Positions 49,767 through 60,453 of a stretch of 64,000 nucleotides of DNA are shown here, one piece after another (within the stretch, counting starts at the first letter, position 1; every line of letters starts with the position of its first letter). The translations under genes and the position numbers were made by a program. The stretch is from an uncultured Bacillota bacterium (lineage in GTDB: Bacteria > Sysuimicrobiota > Sysuimicrobiia > Sysuimicrobiales > Segetimicrobiaceae). The notes under the pieces were generated by a model. The model was not told where the DNA came from and searched no databases. It saw only the letters and a list, made by a program, of their open reading frames with translations. The stretch is from contig CAWDRG010000020.1 in the NCBI GenBank assembly GCA_963804645.1, positions 1 to 64,000 of the forward strand, in the 5' to 3' direction.

Positions 49767-49890
49767 GCGCTTCGCAGACCTCCGCCGCCGTCGCGCAGGG
49801 TCGGGCCGCGCGAGGCTGTAATTCGTATTATACCGCGACGTAGCCCGAGTTCGCGCCGGAGGGTCGGCGCACGTCGTGCCGGGGGCGCGG

Positions 49891-50469
49891 TTACTTGACC
49901 CTGAAGCTCTTGAGCATGCTGACGAACGTCGGTTCCAGTTGATTGAAGGCGGACGCCGGTGCCTGGTACCCGCGGTAGCTGAACTCCGTATATCCCTGCC
50001 CGGTCACCTGTTTCGCGTCGATCTCGCTGTAGCCCCGCATCGCGACTTTGCGTGGGTTGGTCCACGTGAGGACGACCTGCGCCACCGTGGTCTGCGCGTC
50101 AATCTTCCGCTGGCGCCCCGTGGCGATCTTGAGATCGGGATCGCCCTTGGCCTTCGACTGGAGGAACGCCTTCATGATCTCGCTCGCGTCGACCTCGCCC
50201 TTCCACGCGGTGGTCGGAAGCCACACCGCGAGCGCGGTGCCTTCATCAGGGTCGTCCAAGTAAAACGTCGTCAAGCCGCTGGCTTGGCTCTTGACGTGCC
50301 AGGCGGGCGGGTACTGGATGGTAAAGCGCTTGGCCGGAGCCGTGTAGGTCTTCATGGCGGCGGGAGACGCGGCGCGTGCCGCGGACGCGCCGTAGCACAT
50401 CGCAAGCAGCGCGACAAAGCACGCCATGCCGACCAGTCGTCGTAGGATGCCGTGTGGTAGGTGAGTCAC
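49891..50469 (-). CDS. Secreted protein, possibly PsbP-like
   Basis: Signal peptide; FTIQYPPAW and a terminal MLKSFRV; GGAGG RBS. Confidence 0.65.
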   Translation of the reverse strand: MTHLPHGILRRLVGMACFVALLAMCYGASAARAASPAAMKTYTAPAKRFTIQYPPAWHVKSQASGLTTFYLDDPDEGTALAVWLPTTAWKGEVDASEIMKAFLQSKAKGDPDLKIATGRQRKIDAQTTVAQVVLTWTNPRKVAMRGYSEIDAKQVTGQGYTEFSYRGYQAPASAFNQLEPTFVSMLKSFRVK

Positions 50470-50615
50470 GGAGTTCCTCCAGTCGCGCTGCGCGCCGGCC
50501 AGCCTCTCCGACGTCGGCTGCAATCTCCTTCGTGCGCGGGAGGCGGCATCCCTGGCCCGTGTACCGAGGCTCCCGCGAGGACGCGCTCTTGAGGGACGCG
50601 AAGGACTGTACCGTC

Positions 50616-52169
50616 ATGGCGCCGCTGACGGTGGGAGGAACAGGGCTGGTCGCACTGGCCGTCCTGTGCGTGGTCGGCTTGACGCTCGTCTACGTCCTGC
50701 TCCTGTGGCTCGCCGACCCCTATGAGCGGGATCCGATCAATCACGTCATCGTCCTGCTGGCGCTCGGCGCCTCGGTGCCGCCGCTCCTGACCCGCCTCGC
50801 GGAGGCCGCGTTCGGCTTGCCCGCGTCCATTTTTCCCACGCTGCTGCAGCCGTACGCGCTCACGCCGCTGAGCGTGTGGACCGGCCTCATCGAGGAGGCG
50901 GCGAAAGCGTTGGTCGTGTTGGGGGCGTTCGCGCTGCTGCGGCGCGGGATCCACGATACGCTCGACGGCATCGTGGTCGGCGCCGTCGTCGGCGCCGGCT
51001 TCGCCCTCGCCGAGGGGCTCGTGTACGTGGAGGATCTGGCGCCGGTCGCGCGGATCGCGCACGTCGCGCCCGGCGTGCCGTTCGCCCTATTTGCCGCCGG
51101 GCTCAGCCAGTGCGCGTTCACCGCGGTGTTCGGCGCGTGCCTCGGGTACGTGCGCGACAGCGCGCCGCGACGCTGGCTCATCCCGGTGCTCGGGTTTGCC
51201 ACGGCGGCGGTCTATCACACGGCCTACGTCGGTCTCGACACGCTGGCCAGCAGCGTCCTCCCCAGCGCGGTCGCGGGCGCGGCCGGGATCGCCCGGGCGT
51301 ACGCGGATTGGATCGGCGGCCTGCTGGTGATCGCCGCGGTGGGCTGGGCGTGGGAGCGGGAGCGCCGCATCATGCAGGCGACGCTGCCTGAAGAGATCGC
51401 GACCGGGGCGGTGACGCCGTCGGAATTCGCGTCTCTGACCACCCTCGATCGTCTCGGCCGCCCGTTTCACGCCGTGCTCGGCGAACGCTCGGCGGCCTGG
51501 CAGGGCGCGCGCGCAGTGTATGCGGCGCAGATCCGGCTGGCCTTTGCGAAGTGGCGCCGCCGCCGCGGGGCCGGGATCGACGACGAGGTGTCACGCGCGC
51601 GGGACGAGATCGGCCGGCTCCGCGGACGGGGTCTGCAAGCCGCCCCGGGGCGTCCGCCGATTCCGGAGGCGGCCTCGCTCGGGCGGGTCCTGCCGCGGGG
51701 GGTCGGCGCCGCCTGTGCGTGCGTGACGCTGCTCGCCGCGGGCGCCGTGATCCTCACGCAGCTCGGCGTCATCACCCCGGGGATCGGTCCCGGGACGCGG
51801 GCCGGACGGACGCCGCCGTCGACGCGCGGCCTCCTCATCTCTCTGGTTTTGGAGAGACTCGACCGGACCCACACGCCGGTGCAGCAGACCAATCTGTTTG
51901 AGATCGGCGACCTCGTGGGCGCAACCGCTACGATCGTGGCGGTGCCCGAGCCGCTGCGCGCACAGGCGATCTGGCTCAGAGCGGGCCAGGACACCGCGAT
52001 TCCGATCAGCGATCTGGAGACGCTCGCGATCGGCCCGGACGCCGCCGGGCAGTCCAAGACGTACGAGCTGGCGGGGGCGCCGGCCGGGACCTACCTGTTT
52101 TTGATCGCGCAGCCGGGCGCCGGCCGCGAGCTGCACCAAGTCGTGGTCCAGAGGTTCTTCGTCCAGTAG
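50616..52169 (+). CDS. PrsW family intramembrane protease with C-terminal extension
   Basis: DPYERDP, IEEAAK, LDGIVVG, GAGFALAE. Confidence 0.85.
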   Translation: MAPLTVGGTGLVALAVLCVVGLTLVYVLLLWLADPYERDPINHVIVLLALGASVPPLLTRLAEAAFGLPASIFPTLLQPYALTPLSVWTGLIEEAAKALVVLGAFALLRRGIHDTLDGIVVGAVVGAGFALAEGLVYVEDLAPVARIAHVAPGVPFALFAAGLSQCAFTAVFGACLGYVRDSAPRRWLIPVLGFATAAVYHTAYVGLDTLASSVLPSAVAGAAGIARAYADWIGGLLVIAAVGWAWERERRIMQATLPEEIATGAVTPSEFASLTTLDRLGRPFHAVLGERSAAWQGARAVYAAQIRLAFAKWRRRRGAGIDDEVSRARDEIGRLRGRGLQAAPGRPPIPEAASLGRVLPRGVGAACACVTLLAAGAVILTQLGVITPGIGPGTRAGRTPPSTRGLLISLVLERLDRTHTPVQQTNLFEIGDLVGATATIVAVPEPLRAQAIWLRAGQDTAIPISDLETLAIGPDAAGQSKTYELAGAPAGTYLFLIAQPGAGRELHQVVVQRFFVQ

Positions 52170-52207
52170 CGGTGCGCGGCCGCCGATCCGTCCGCGCCGC
52201 CCCGCGG

Positions 52208-53464
52208 TCAGTCGGGCGAGGCTCGCGAGATCTCTCGGGTCATCCGGGCCATGATCGGGACGGCGACGCCGAACGTCAGCGCACCGGCGAAGAAGCCCGC
52301 CGGAAGCCCATACGCGGCGATGATGAACCCGTACACGACCGGGCTGAACACCGAGGAGATGCGCTGGACGCTCTGCCGGAGGCCGAACGCCACCCCCCAC
52401 ATGTCCGCGCCGACTGAGCCGACGAGCAGGCTCATCGTCAGAGGCTGCGTGAAGCCCAGGCTCGCGCCCATCAGTCCCGACGCGGCCATCAGCGGCCAGA
52501 AACCGCGGAGCAGCGGCGTGAGGCCGAGCGACGCGCCGGCAAGCGCGGTCGCGGCGAGCAGCAACGGCGCGTAGCCGAATTTCTCGACGCCCCGGGTGAG
52601 CAGTGAGCGGACGGCCATCGACGCCACGCTCACCGCGGCGATCACGATGCCGATCAGGTCGGCGGAGAGCCCGACGTGGTGCAGGTACAGCGGGTAGAAC
52701 GACTGCTGCAGCGTGTTGCCCCACTGTGCCATCGCGGACGCGAATAAGATCCCGGCGACGCCGGGCCGGTGCACGATGGGGCCGATCAGCGTGTGCGCGT
52801 TGGCCAGCGACACGGTGCGGCGCGGCACCGACGGCGCGCGCGTGAGCGCGGCCGTCACGACGAAGCACGGCAGCATCACGAGGCCCAGCAGCGCGAACGT
52901 GCCGACGTAGCCGAACCGGCCGGCGACGACGCCGCCGACGACCGGCCCGACGACCGCGCCCGCGGAGTTCCAGAGGGCGTAGTGGCCGTAGTTGCGGACG
53001 CGCGTCTCGGGGGTGCTGATCGTGGCCACGATCTGCTGCGGCGCCACCGCGAACCCGATGTTCGCAATACTGAGCAGCGTGTAGGCGACGGCCACCCACC
53101 AGACGCCGTGTAGTCCGACGAGGATCGCTGCGGCGACGGCGAACAGGCCGACCGAGACCTTGGCGACTCCTCCGGGACCGCGCTCGTCCACCAGCGCGCC
53201 CGCGTGGATCGAGATCAGGAGCGGAACGATGCCCGAGATGCCGATGATGATGCCCACGAGGCCGACGGACGCGCCCTGCATGACGAGATACAGCGGAATG
53301 AACGGGGCCGCGAGGTACCACGCGGCGTTCGACAGGAACTGCAGCGCGCTGTTGTAGGCGAGCAGACGCGGCGCGTTCGGCGGCGCCCCGCGGGCGCCGT
53401 CCGCGCGGGACGCGCCGGGGCGGTCGGGCACCGGTCCGCCGCGGGGGTCCGCGCCGGTCACCAC
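52208..53464 (-). CDS. MFS transporter
   Basis: About 12 TM; GALVDERG motif-A-like; start uncertain. Confidence 0.88.
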   Translation of the reverse strand: MVTGADPRGGPVPDRPGASRADGARGAPPNAPRLLAYNSALQFLSNAAWYLAAPFIPLYLVMQGASVGLVGIIIGISGIVPLLISIHAGALVDERGPGGVAKVSVGLFAVAAAILVGLHGVWWVAVAYTLLSIANIGFAVAPQQIVATISTPETRVRNYGHYALWNSAGAVVGPVVGGVVAGRFGYVGTFALLGLVMLPCFVVTAALTRAPSVPRRTVSLANAHTLIGPIVHRPGVAGILFASAMAQWGNTLQQSFYPLYLHHVGLSADLIGIVIAAVSVASMAVRSLLTRGVEKFGYAPLLLAATALAGASLGLTPLLRGFWPLMAASGLMGASLGFTQPLTMSLLVGSVGADMWGVAFGLRQSVQRISSVFSPVVYGFIIAAYGLPAGFFAGALTFGVAVPIMARMTREISRASPD

Positions 53465-53531
53465 GGCGGCGCCGGACGCGGCCGAACCCTCGGCGGTCTG
53501 CGTGCGCTCGGTGTCCGGGGATCCGGCCCGT

Positions 53532-54386
53532 CTACCCGATCGATTCCCAACGCGCGCCGCCGTCGGTACGGACGATCCGGCCCCACGCCGGGAACCGGTC
53601 GTGCGTGAACACCGCGGTCGCCTCCGGCGTCGACGCTTCGGCGATGACACGAGCGCGCGAGGCGCGGAGCGCCGCGAGATCGCGGTTGCCTGGTGCCCAC
53701 TCCGGGTGCGCGACCTCGCACGGGTGGTGGAACAGGTCGCCCAAATAATAGAAGCGCTGCCCGCCGTCGCTCAGGCGGACGACGAGGTGGCCGGGGCTCT
53801 CTCCCGGGGTCGGGAGCAGGGCGACCCCGGGCACGAGCTCGCGCTCGCCGTCCACGAGGTCGAGCAGGCCGGCCCGCGCGATCAGCCCGACGCGGACCGA
53901 GAGATCGGAGTTCGCGTCGCGGCGCGCGGGGCTCTGCTCCCAATCGGCGCGGCCGATCAGGTGGCGCGCGCGCGGGAAGCGGGGGGTCAGCCCGCCGCCG
54001 GCCTCGAGGGCGACGCCGGCCAGGTGATCCGCGTGCGCGTGGGTGATCACGACGTGGGTCACCGTCTCGGGGCGCACGCCGATCTCGCGCAGCGCGGCGG
54101 TGATGCCCGGCGTCCGCGTCATGCCGGGCCACTTCGCCGCGAACTCATGCTGCCACGCGGAGGTCGGATCGTCGCACATGGGATCGACGACGATCGACCC
54201 GCCGCCCACCTGCAGATGGACGAAGTTCATGCCCACCGTCAGCTTGCCGTCCGCGTCGGCGTCCGGCATCGCTCGGCGGCGCTCCTCGTCCGAGATCGGG
54301 AACCGGGGGCTCCACTCGAGGGTGCCGTCGGAGATGACGGTGGCCGTGGCCCCACCGATCCTGCGAGATGCGACGAATCCGGACAT
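53532..54386 (-). CDS. MBL-fold metallo-hydrolase
   Basis: THAHADH, TPGESPGH, LGDLFH. Confidence 0.9.
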   Translation of the reverse strand: MSGFVASRRIGGATATVISDGTLEWSPRFPISDEERRRAMPDADADGKLTVGMNFVHLQVGGGSIVVDPMCDDPTSAWQHEFAAKWPGMTRTPGITAALREIGVRPETVTHVVITHAHADHLAGVALEAGGGLTPRFPRARHLIGRADWEQSPARRDANSDLSVRVGLIARAGLLDLVDGERELVPGVALLPTPGESPGHLVVRLSDGGQRFYYLGDLFHHPCEVAHPEWAPGNRDLAALRASRARVIAEASTPEATAVFTHDRFPAWGRIVRTDGGARWESIG

Positions 54387-54658
54387 GAAGTCGCCTCCTG
54401 CGTGCACGTCCCGGCGCTAGGCGCCGGGCGCGAGTCTACCCGCGAACAGGATTCGGGGCGCGAACAGCGAGTCTGTGGCGTCGCAGAGCGTTGCCGGCGT
54501 CACGGCCGGTGCGGCGGTCGCCATGCGGGATGCCTCCAACGGCGTGCTTCGTCCACGCAGGGGTGCCGGTCTGGTGCGCCCCGGTTCTTCGGGCCGCACC
54601 GGCGTTCGTCCTGCGCGTGCCGCAGGGGCGGGCCGCGCCCGAATGGAAGAGACGGCCT

Positions 54659-55741
54659 ATGGCACACTCACCGGCTGGGACTCCACCGATCTTCGACGGC
54701 CACAACGACACCGTGCTCAGTCTGGAGCAGACCGGGCGGTCGTTCTTCGAGCGGTCCGACGAGGGGCACATCGATCTGCCGCGCGCGCGCGCCGGCGGGC
54801 TCGGCGGCGGGTTCTTCGCGGTGTACCTCCGCGATCCCATCGTCGTCGAGCGGATGCGCGAGGGAGGCGCGTCGGCGGAGATCGCGCTCCGGATGTACGC
54901 CGACGAGCGGACGTGGCCCGAGCCGATGCCCCTCGAGTACGCGCAGTCGCAGACCCTTGAGATGCTCGGGCGCCTGCTGCGGGTCGCGGAGGCGTCGGAC
55001 GGCCAGGTGCACGTTGTCCGCACCGCCGCCGAGCTGCAGCACGACCTCGACCGCGGTGTGTTTGCGATGCTGCTGCACTTCGAGGGCGCCGAGCCGCTCG
55101 ACCCCGACGGATACGCGCTCGACGTGTTCTACGCGGCCGGCGTCCGGTCGGTCGGCCTTACCCACAGCCGGCGCAACCGGTACTGCCAGGGCGTGCCGTT
55201 CAAGTTTCCGAGTTCCCCCGACCTCGGGCCGGGGCTGAACGACGCCGGGAAGGCGCTGGTCCGCCGGCTCAACGCCCGGCGGGTGATGATCGACCTGTCG
55301 CACCTGAACGAGCGCGGGTTCTGGGACGTGGCGGAGATCAGCGACGCCCCGTTGGTCGCGACGCACTCGAACGCGCACGCGCTGACCCCGCATCCCCGCA
55401 ACCTGACCGACCGGCAGCTCGACGCGATCCGGGATTCCCGGGGTGTCGCCGGCTTGAACTTTCACGTCGGGTTTCTACGGCCCGACGGCGCGCACGACGA
55501 GCAGACGCCGATCGCCGCGATGGTGGATCACGTCGAGTACATGGTGCGGCGGATGGGGATCGATCACGTGGCCCTCGGATCGGACTTCGACGGCGCCACG
55601 ATGCCGGCGGAGCTGCGCGACGCGGCCGGGCTGCCGGCACTGATCGCGGGGCTCGAGGCGCGCGGCTACCGCGGCGAGGATCTCCGGAAGCTGGCGCACG
55701 GCAACTGGGTGCGCGTGCTGCGCGAGACCTGGGGCGCGTAG
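54659..55741 (+). CDS. Membrane dipeptidase (M19) family
   Basis: FDGHND, HFEGAE, DLSH, THSN, GSDFDG. Confidence 0.93.
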   Translation: MAHSPAGTPPIFDGHNDTVLSLEQTGRSFFERSDEGHIDLPRARAGGLGGGFFAVYLRDPIVVERMREGGASAEIALRMYADERTWPEPMPLEYAQSQTLEMLGRLLRVAEASDGQVHVVRTAAELQHDLDRGVFAMLLHFEGAEPLDPDGYALDVFYAAGVRSVGLTHSRRNRYCQGVPFKFPSSPDLGPGLNDAGKALVRRLNARRVMIDLSHLNERGFWDVAEISDAPLVATHSNAHALTPHPRNLTDRQLDAIRDSRGVAGLNFHVGFLRPDGAHDEQTPIAAMVDHVEYMVRRMGIDHVALGSDFDGATMPAELRDAAGLPALIAGLEARGYRGEDLRKLAHGNWVRVLRETWGA

Positions 55742-55751
55742 CGGCCGGGGG

Positions 55752-56300
55752 TCAGGCCCGCAGCTTTTCCCGGTAGTGCTCCCGGAACTTGGCCACCTTC
55801 GGGGCGATCACCATTTGGCAGTACGGCTGCCGGCCGTTGTTCGCGAAATACTCCTGATGGTAGTCTTCGGCCTTGTAGAACGTCGTGAACGGCGTGAGTT
55901 CGGTCACGACGTGGTTGCGCCACAGCTTGGCGTCGGTCAGCGCCTTGATCACCTGCTCCGCCACGGCCTTCTGCTCCGGCGTGTGGTAGAACACCACGGA
56001 CCGGTACTGCGTGCCCGTGTCCCCGCCCTGGCGGTTCAGCGTCGTCGGGTCGTGCGTGGTGAAGAACACCTCAAGGATCTCCGTGAGTGACACCACGGCG
56101 GGGTCGAATGTCACCTGGACGACCTCGGCGTGCCCCGTGGCGCCGCCGCACACCTGCTGGTAGGTCGGGTTCGGGACCGTGCCACCCGCGTACCCGGACT
56201 CGACTTTGGTGACGCCCCGCAGTTCCGAGAAGACCGCCTCCGTGCACCAGAAGCAGCCTCCGCCGAGTGTAATGACCTCGTTCCTATGTTCCTGATTCAC
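55752..56300 (-). CDS. msrA: Peptide-methionine (S)-S-oxide reductase
   Basis: GGGCFWC, GHAEVV, HDPT, AEDYHQ. Confidence 0.97.
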   Translation of the reverse strand: MNQEHRNEVITLGGGCFWCTEAVFSELRGVTKVESGYAGGTVPNPTYQQVCGGATGHAEVVQVTFDPAVVSLTEILEVFFTTHDPTTLNRQGGDTGTQYRSVVFYHTPEQKAVAEQVIKALTDAKLWRNHVVTELTPFTTFYKAEDYHQEYFANNGRQPYCQMVIAPKVAKFREHYREKLRA

Positions 56301-56384
56301 CGCCGTCTCCTCCGTCCGCGCCGCGCTGGGTCGCCGCGATTTTGTTCTAGCATACCGCAGCGCGCGCGGGCGCGCCCGCGGAGG

Positions 56385-59084
56385 TCAGCGAGTCTGCTGG
56401 AACGCCGCCTGCCGTCCGACCTCGAGGAACTGGCCGGCATCGACACGGCCGAACAGGCGGATGAGCTCGGCGATGCAGCCCGTCCAGCCGGTTTGGTGGC
56501 TGGCCCCGAGCCCCGCGCCGTTGTCGCCGTGAAAATACTCGTAGAACAGCACGAGATCGCGCCAGTGGGGGTCGGTCTGGAACGTCTCGGTGCCGCCGTA
56601 CACCGGCCGCCGTCCGCGCGCGTCGCGCGTGAAGATCGCCGTGAGGCGCGCGGCGATCTCGCGGGCCACCTCGTACAGATTCATCAGTCGGCCCGAGCCC
56701 GTGGGACACTCGACCTTGAACGTGTCGCCGTAGTACGTGTAGAACTGCAGCAGCGCGCGGATCAGCACGACGTTGACCGGCATCCAGATCGGCCCGCGCC
56801 AGTTCGAGTTGCCGCCGAACATGCCGGTGTCGGACTCGGCCGGCAGGTAGGCCACGCGAAACTCGTCGCCCCCGACGCGGAAGACGTACGGGTGCTCGAG
56901 GTGGGCGCGCGACACCGCGCGGATGCCGTAGGGGCTCAGGAACTCCCTCTCGTCGAGCATCCGCGCCAGGACCCGCCGGAGACGGTCGGGGGCGACGACG
57001 GCGAAGATCCCGCGGTCGCCGTACCCGAGATGCCCCGGGCCGGTCGGGTGGATGCCGCGGAGCAGTTCGGGCATCCTGCGGACGCGCTGCTCGAACGCGG
57101 CCGTGAGCCGCGGCACGCGGTCCCGCTGCCACGGCTCGATGACGGTCGTGGCGCAGAGCGGAAGGAGGCCCACCATCGAGCGCACCTTCAGGCGGGTCGT
57201 CGTGCCGTCGGGCAGGTGCAGGACGTCGTAGTAGAAGCCGTCCTCTTCGTCCCACATGCCGTCGCGCCCGACCTGATTCATCGCGCGCGCGATCCAGAGA
57301 AACTGGTCGACGAACTTGGCCGCCAAGTCCTCGTAGACGGGATCGGAGGCGGCGATCTCCACCGCGATCTCGAGCATGTTCTGGCAAAACATCGCCATCC
57401 AGGCCGTGCCGTCCGCCTGCTCCAGGTGGCCGCCGGTCGGCAGCGGTGCGGAGCGGTCGAAGACGCCGATGTTGTCGAGCCCGAGAAATCCGCCGTTGAA
57501 GAGGTTGTTGCCTGACGGGTCCTTGCGGTTGACCCACCAGCCGAAGTTGGAGAGCAGCTTTCCGAACGCGTGTTTCATGAAGGTGAGATCGCCCCGCCCG
57601 TACTGCGCCTGTTCCATCCGGTAGAGGTAGAGCGTCGCCCAGGCATGGACCGGCGGATTCACGTCCCCGAAGTTCCACTCGTAGGCCGGGATCTGTCCCG
57701 TCGGATGCACGTACATCTCGCGGAGCATCAGGTCGAGCTGCTCCTTGGCGAACTCGACGTCGATCCCCGCGAGGGTGATCGTGTGGAACGCGAGGTCCCA
57801 CGCCGCGTACCACGGGTACTCCCATTTGTCCGGCATGGAGATCACATGACTGTTGATCATGTGGCCCCAGTCGCGGTTCCTCACCATCCGCCGCTCGGCG
57901 GCGAACGGATCGGCGCCGTGCTCGGCGAGCCAACTGCGGACGTCGAGGAAGTAATACTGCTTGCTCCACAGCATGCCCGCGAACGCCTGCCGCATGACGC
58001 GCGCCGCGTCGTCGCCCACGGCGGGAGGCGTGGCCGCGCGGTAGAACTCGTCGGCGTCAGCTCGCCGCGCAGTAACCGTTGCCTCGAACGCGGCGAACGG
58101 GTCAGGCATGTCCGCCGGCGCGACGTCTGACAGCCGCAGCCGCAGCACGACCTCGTGTCCGGGCTCGACCCGCAGATCGTAGTGCGCAGCGGCTTTGGTG
58201 CCGGTCGCCTCGGAGTTGACCGCGTCGCGCTCACCCTGCACGACGTAGCGGCCGATCCCGTCCTTGACGAACGAGGTTGCGTTCGCCGTCCCGAAGAGGC
58301 GCTCGGCGTTCGTCTCGTTCTCGGTGAACAACAGCGGCACGGCGCCCTCGACGTATAGCCACCGCTCGCCCAGGTCCGGGTGTGACGCGGCGATCACGCG
58401 CGCGCCCATCGGCGCCGCAGTCTCGCGCAGTACCGGCTTCGGCGTCTCCGGCCACCACGTCCACGTGTTTCGGAACCAGAGGGAGGGGAGCACGTGCAGC
58501 GTCGCGGCCTCCGGGCCGCGGTTCGCGACGGTGATGCGGATCAACACGTCCTCAGGAGTGCGCTTTGCATATTCCACGAACACATCGAAGTACCGGTCCT
58601 CCGCGAACACGCCCGTGTCCAGAAGTTCGTACTCGAAGTCCTCGCGGGACCGGCGCCGGTTGGTCTCCACCAGGTCCGCGTACGGGTACGCGCGCTGCGG
58701 ATACTTGTAGAGCCATTTCATGTACGAGTGCGTTGGCGTGGAGTCGAGGTAGAAATAATACTCCTTGACGTCCTCGCCGTGGTTGGCCTCTGCATTGGTG
58801 AGCCCGAACAGCCGCTCCTTGAGGATGGGGTCGCGGCCGTTCCACAGGGCGAGGGCGAAGCACAGGCGCTGCCCGTCATCGCTGAACCCCGCGAGGCCGT
58901 CCTCGCCCCAGTGATACGCGCGCGACCGTGCCTGGTCGTGGGTGAAATAACTCCAGGCGTCACCGGTCTCGCTGTAGTCCTCGCGGACCGTGCCCCACTG
59001 GCGTTCGCTCAGGTAGGGACCCCACCTCCGCCAGGGCACACCTTTCGTTCGGGCGTCCTCGAGGCGCTGCTGCTCCGTGTTCAT
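56385..59084 (-). CDS. GH63/MGH1-like glucosidase
   Basis: [35 protein letters not shown]. Confidence 0.9.
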   Translation of the reverse strand: MNTEQQRLEDARTKGVPWRRWGPYLSERQWGTVREDYSETGDAWSYFTHDQARSRAYHWGEDGLAGFSDDGQRLCFALALWNGRDPILKERLFGLTNAEANHGEDVKEYYFYLDSTPTHSYMKWLYKYPQRAYPYADLVETNRRRSREDFEYELLDTGVFAEDRYFDVFVEYAKRTPEDVLIRITVANRGPEAATLHVLPSLWFRNTWTWWPETPKPVLRETAAPMGARVIAASHPDLGERWLYVEGAVPLLFTENETNAERLFGTANATSFVKDGIGRYVVQGERDAVNSEATGTKAAAHYDLRVEPGHEVVLRLRLSDVAPADMPDPFAAFEATVTARRADADEFYRAATPPAVGDDAARVMRQAFAGMLWSKQYYFLDVRSWLAEHGADPFAAERRMVRNRDWGHMINSHVISMPDKWEYPWYAAWDLAFHTITLAGIDVEFAKEQLDLMLREMYVHPTGQIPAYEWNFGDVNPPVHAWATLYLYRMEQAQYGRGDLTFMKHAFGKLLSNFGWWVNRKDPSGNNLFNGGFLGLDNIGVFDRSAPLPTGGHLEQADGTAWMAMFCQNMLEIAVEIAASDPVYEDLAAKFVDQFLWIARAMNQVGRDGMWDEEDGFYYDVLHLPDGTTTRLKVRSMVGLLPLCATTVIEPWQRDRVPRLTAAFEQRVRRMPELLRGIHPTGPGHLGYGDRGIFAVVAPDRLRRVLARMLDEREFLSPYGIRAVSRAHLEHPYVFRVGGDEFRVAYLPAESDTGMFGGNSNWRGPIWMPVNVVLIRALLQFYTYYGDTFKVECPTGSGRLMNLYEVAREIAARLTAIFTRDARGRRPVYGGTETFQTDPHWRDLVLFYEYFHGDNGAGLGASHQTGWTGCIAELIRLFGRVDAGQFLEVGRQAAFQQTR

Positions 59085-59316
59085 GACTAATCTCCCATCG
59101 TCCTGATGGCGGCCGAGCCGGCCGCGCACCGTGCCTCGCCAGGCCGCGCGTCCGCGCGAATCTGGCCTCGCGCTCTTCGAGCCGGGAGAGGGCGGGCACC
59201 TGCGTCGTCCACGACGGCGATCACGGAGCGCGACCAGGAACGTATCGAGATCGTCGCGGCGGTCAGCCGCTCGGTCCGACCCCTGCGTCCATCATCGCCG
59301 CGATCCCAGCGGCGTG

Positions 59317-60453
59317 CTAACGGCGCCGGCCGATCCCGTAGAGGTCCGCCGCGTTGTCGTGCAGCAGCCGCCAGGCCAGGGGCAGGCGGTCCGCCGACGG
59401 GAGATACCCGCGTGCCTCGAGGGCATCGGCGGCGGTGTGCAGCGCCTGCCGCGCGTGGTGGGCGCCGAGCCAGAATAGTTCCGGGATCGAGAAGGCGTCC
59501 GTCGCGAGGAGCACCTTCGTTGCCGGTGCGGCCGCCAGTGCGTCCGCGATCTCGTCCGCGGCGCGATGTGCCAGAAACGGGATGGTGAGCGAGAGGTCGA
59601 TGTAGATGTGCGGGTAGACGGCGGCCAGCCACGCGGCTTCGCTGACGTACGGATGGCAGTGCAGCAGCACGAGCGGCGCTCCGCGCAGCGCGGGGTCCTC
59701 GATGATCGGACGGAGCCCTACCGGGTTGACCAAGCGCAGGTCCAGGTCATGATCGCCGAACCCGGCGTGGACCTGCACCGGCAGCCGGCGCCGAGCCGCG
59801 ATCTCGAGCGCCCTGCGGAGCAGCGTGTCCAGGATGGGCTTGCACTGGAGGCGGCGCCGCCCGGCCCGGAACTCCTCGCGGGTCGTGCGGAACGCCCGGC
59901 CGAGCTGATCGGCATCCCACCGGTCGATCACGAGCCCGGTCCGGTACGCGATGATCGTCTTGAGCGCCCACAGGTCGCCGGCCGCGGCCGTCTCGACCTC
60001 GGCCGCGAACCGGGCCTCGAGGTCCGGCCAATCCGAGGCGTCGCCGGTCAGGCGCTCGGCGAGCGTCTCCAGGCGGAGTACCGGGAAGACGGGGCACGGG
60101 AGCAGCGCGCGCAGGCCGCTGAGATCGACGTAGTCGTCCACACGCAGCCCGAGATCCGCCAGCACGCCGGCGATGCCGGCATCCGCGAACATCTCCGCGA
60201 CCAGCCGGTCGAACGGCCGGCGGGTCCGCGCGTCCAGCACCGCGTCCTCGGTCGGCGCACACTCGAAGAACACCGCGAGATCACGCAGCGCCCGCCGGTA
60301 AAACAGGCTCCACGGCACGTGCCGGTCGATGATCTCGGGGGCGAAGCTCTCGGTGAAGCATGCGCGGTACTCGTGCACCGTAGCCGGCTGGCGGCGCAAC
60401 AGCGAATGCGCGTGCTGGTCGAGCAGCGGCACTCCGGCGAATGGGCTGGCCAT
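59317..60453 (-). CDS. Amidohydrolase (FluG/NodGS N-terminal-like)
   Basis: DQHAH, KTIIAYRTGL, QVHAGFGD, LLHCHPY, TDAFSIPE. Confidence 0.9.
   Translation of the reverse strand: MASPFAGVPLLDQHAHSLLRRQPATVHEYRACFTESFAPEIIDRHVPWSLFYRRALRDLAVFFECAPTEDAVLDARTRRPFDRLVAEMFADAGIAGVLADLGLRVDDYVDLSGLRALLPCPVFPVLRLETLAERLTGDASDWPDLEARFAAEVETAAAGDLWALKTIIAYRTGLVIDRWDADQLGRAFRTTREEFRAGRRRLQCKPILDTLLRRALEIAARRRLPVQVHAGFGDHDLDLRLVNPVGLRPIIEDPALRGAPLVLLHCHPYVSEAAWLAAVYPHIYIDLSLTIPFLAHRAADEIADALAAAPATKVLLATDAFSIPELFWLGAHHARQALHTAADALEARGYLPSADRLPLAWRLLHDNAADLYGIGRRR

Noticed and set aside
17687..57969. Many long overlapping ORFs (e.g. 28761-31145, 35621-37750, 42293-44185, 56347-57969)
   Set aside because: Antisense or off-frame shadows of well-supported genes, as expected at high GC.
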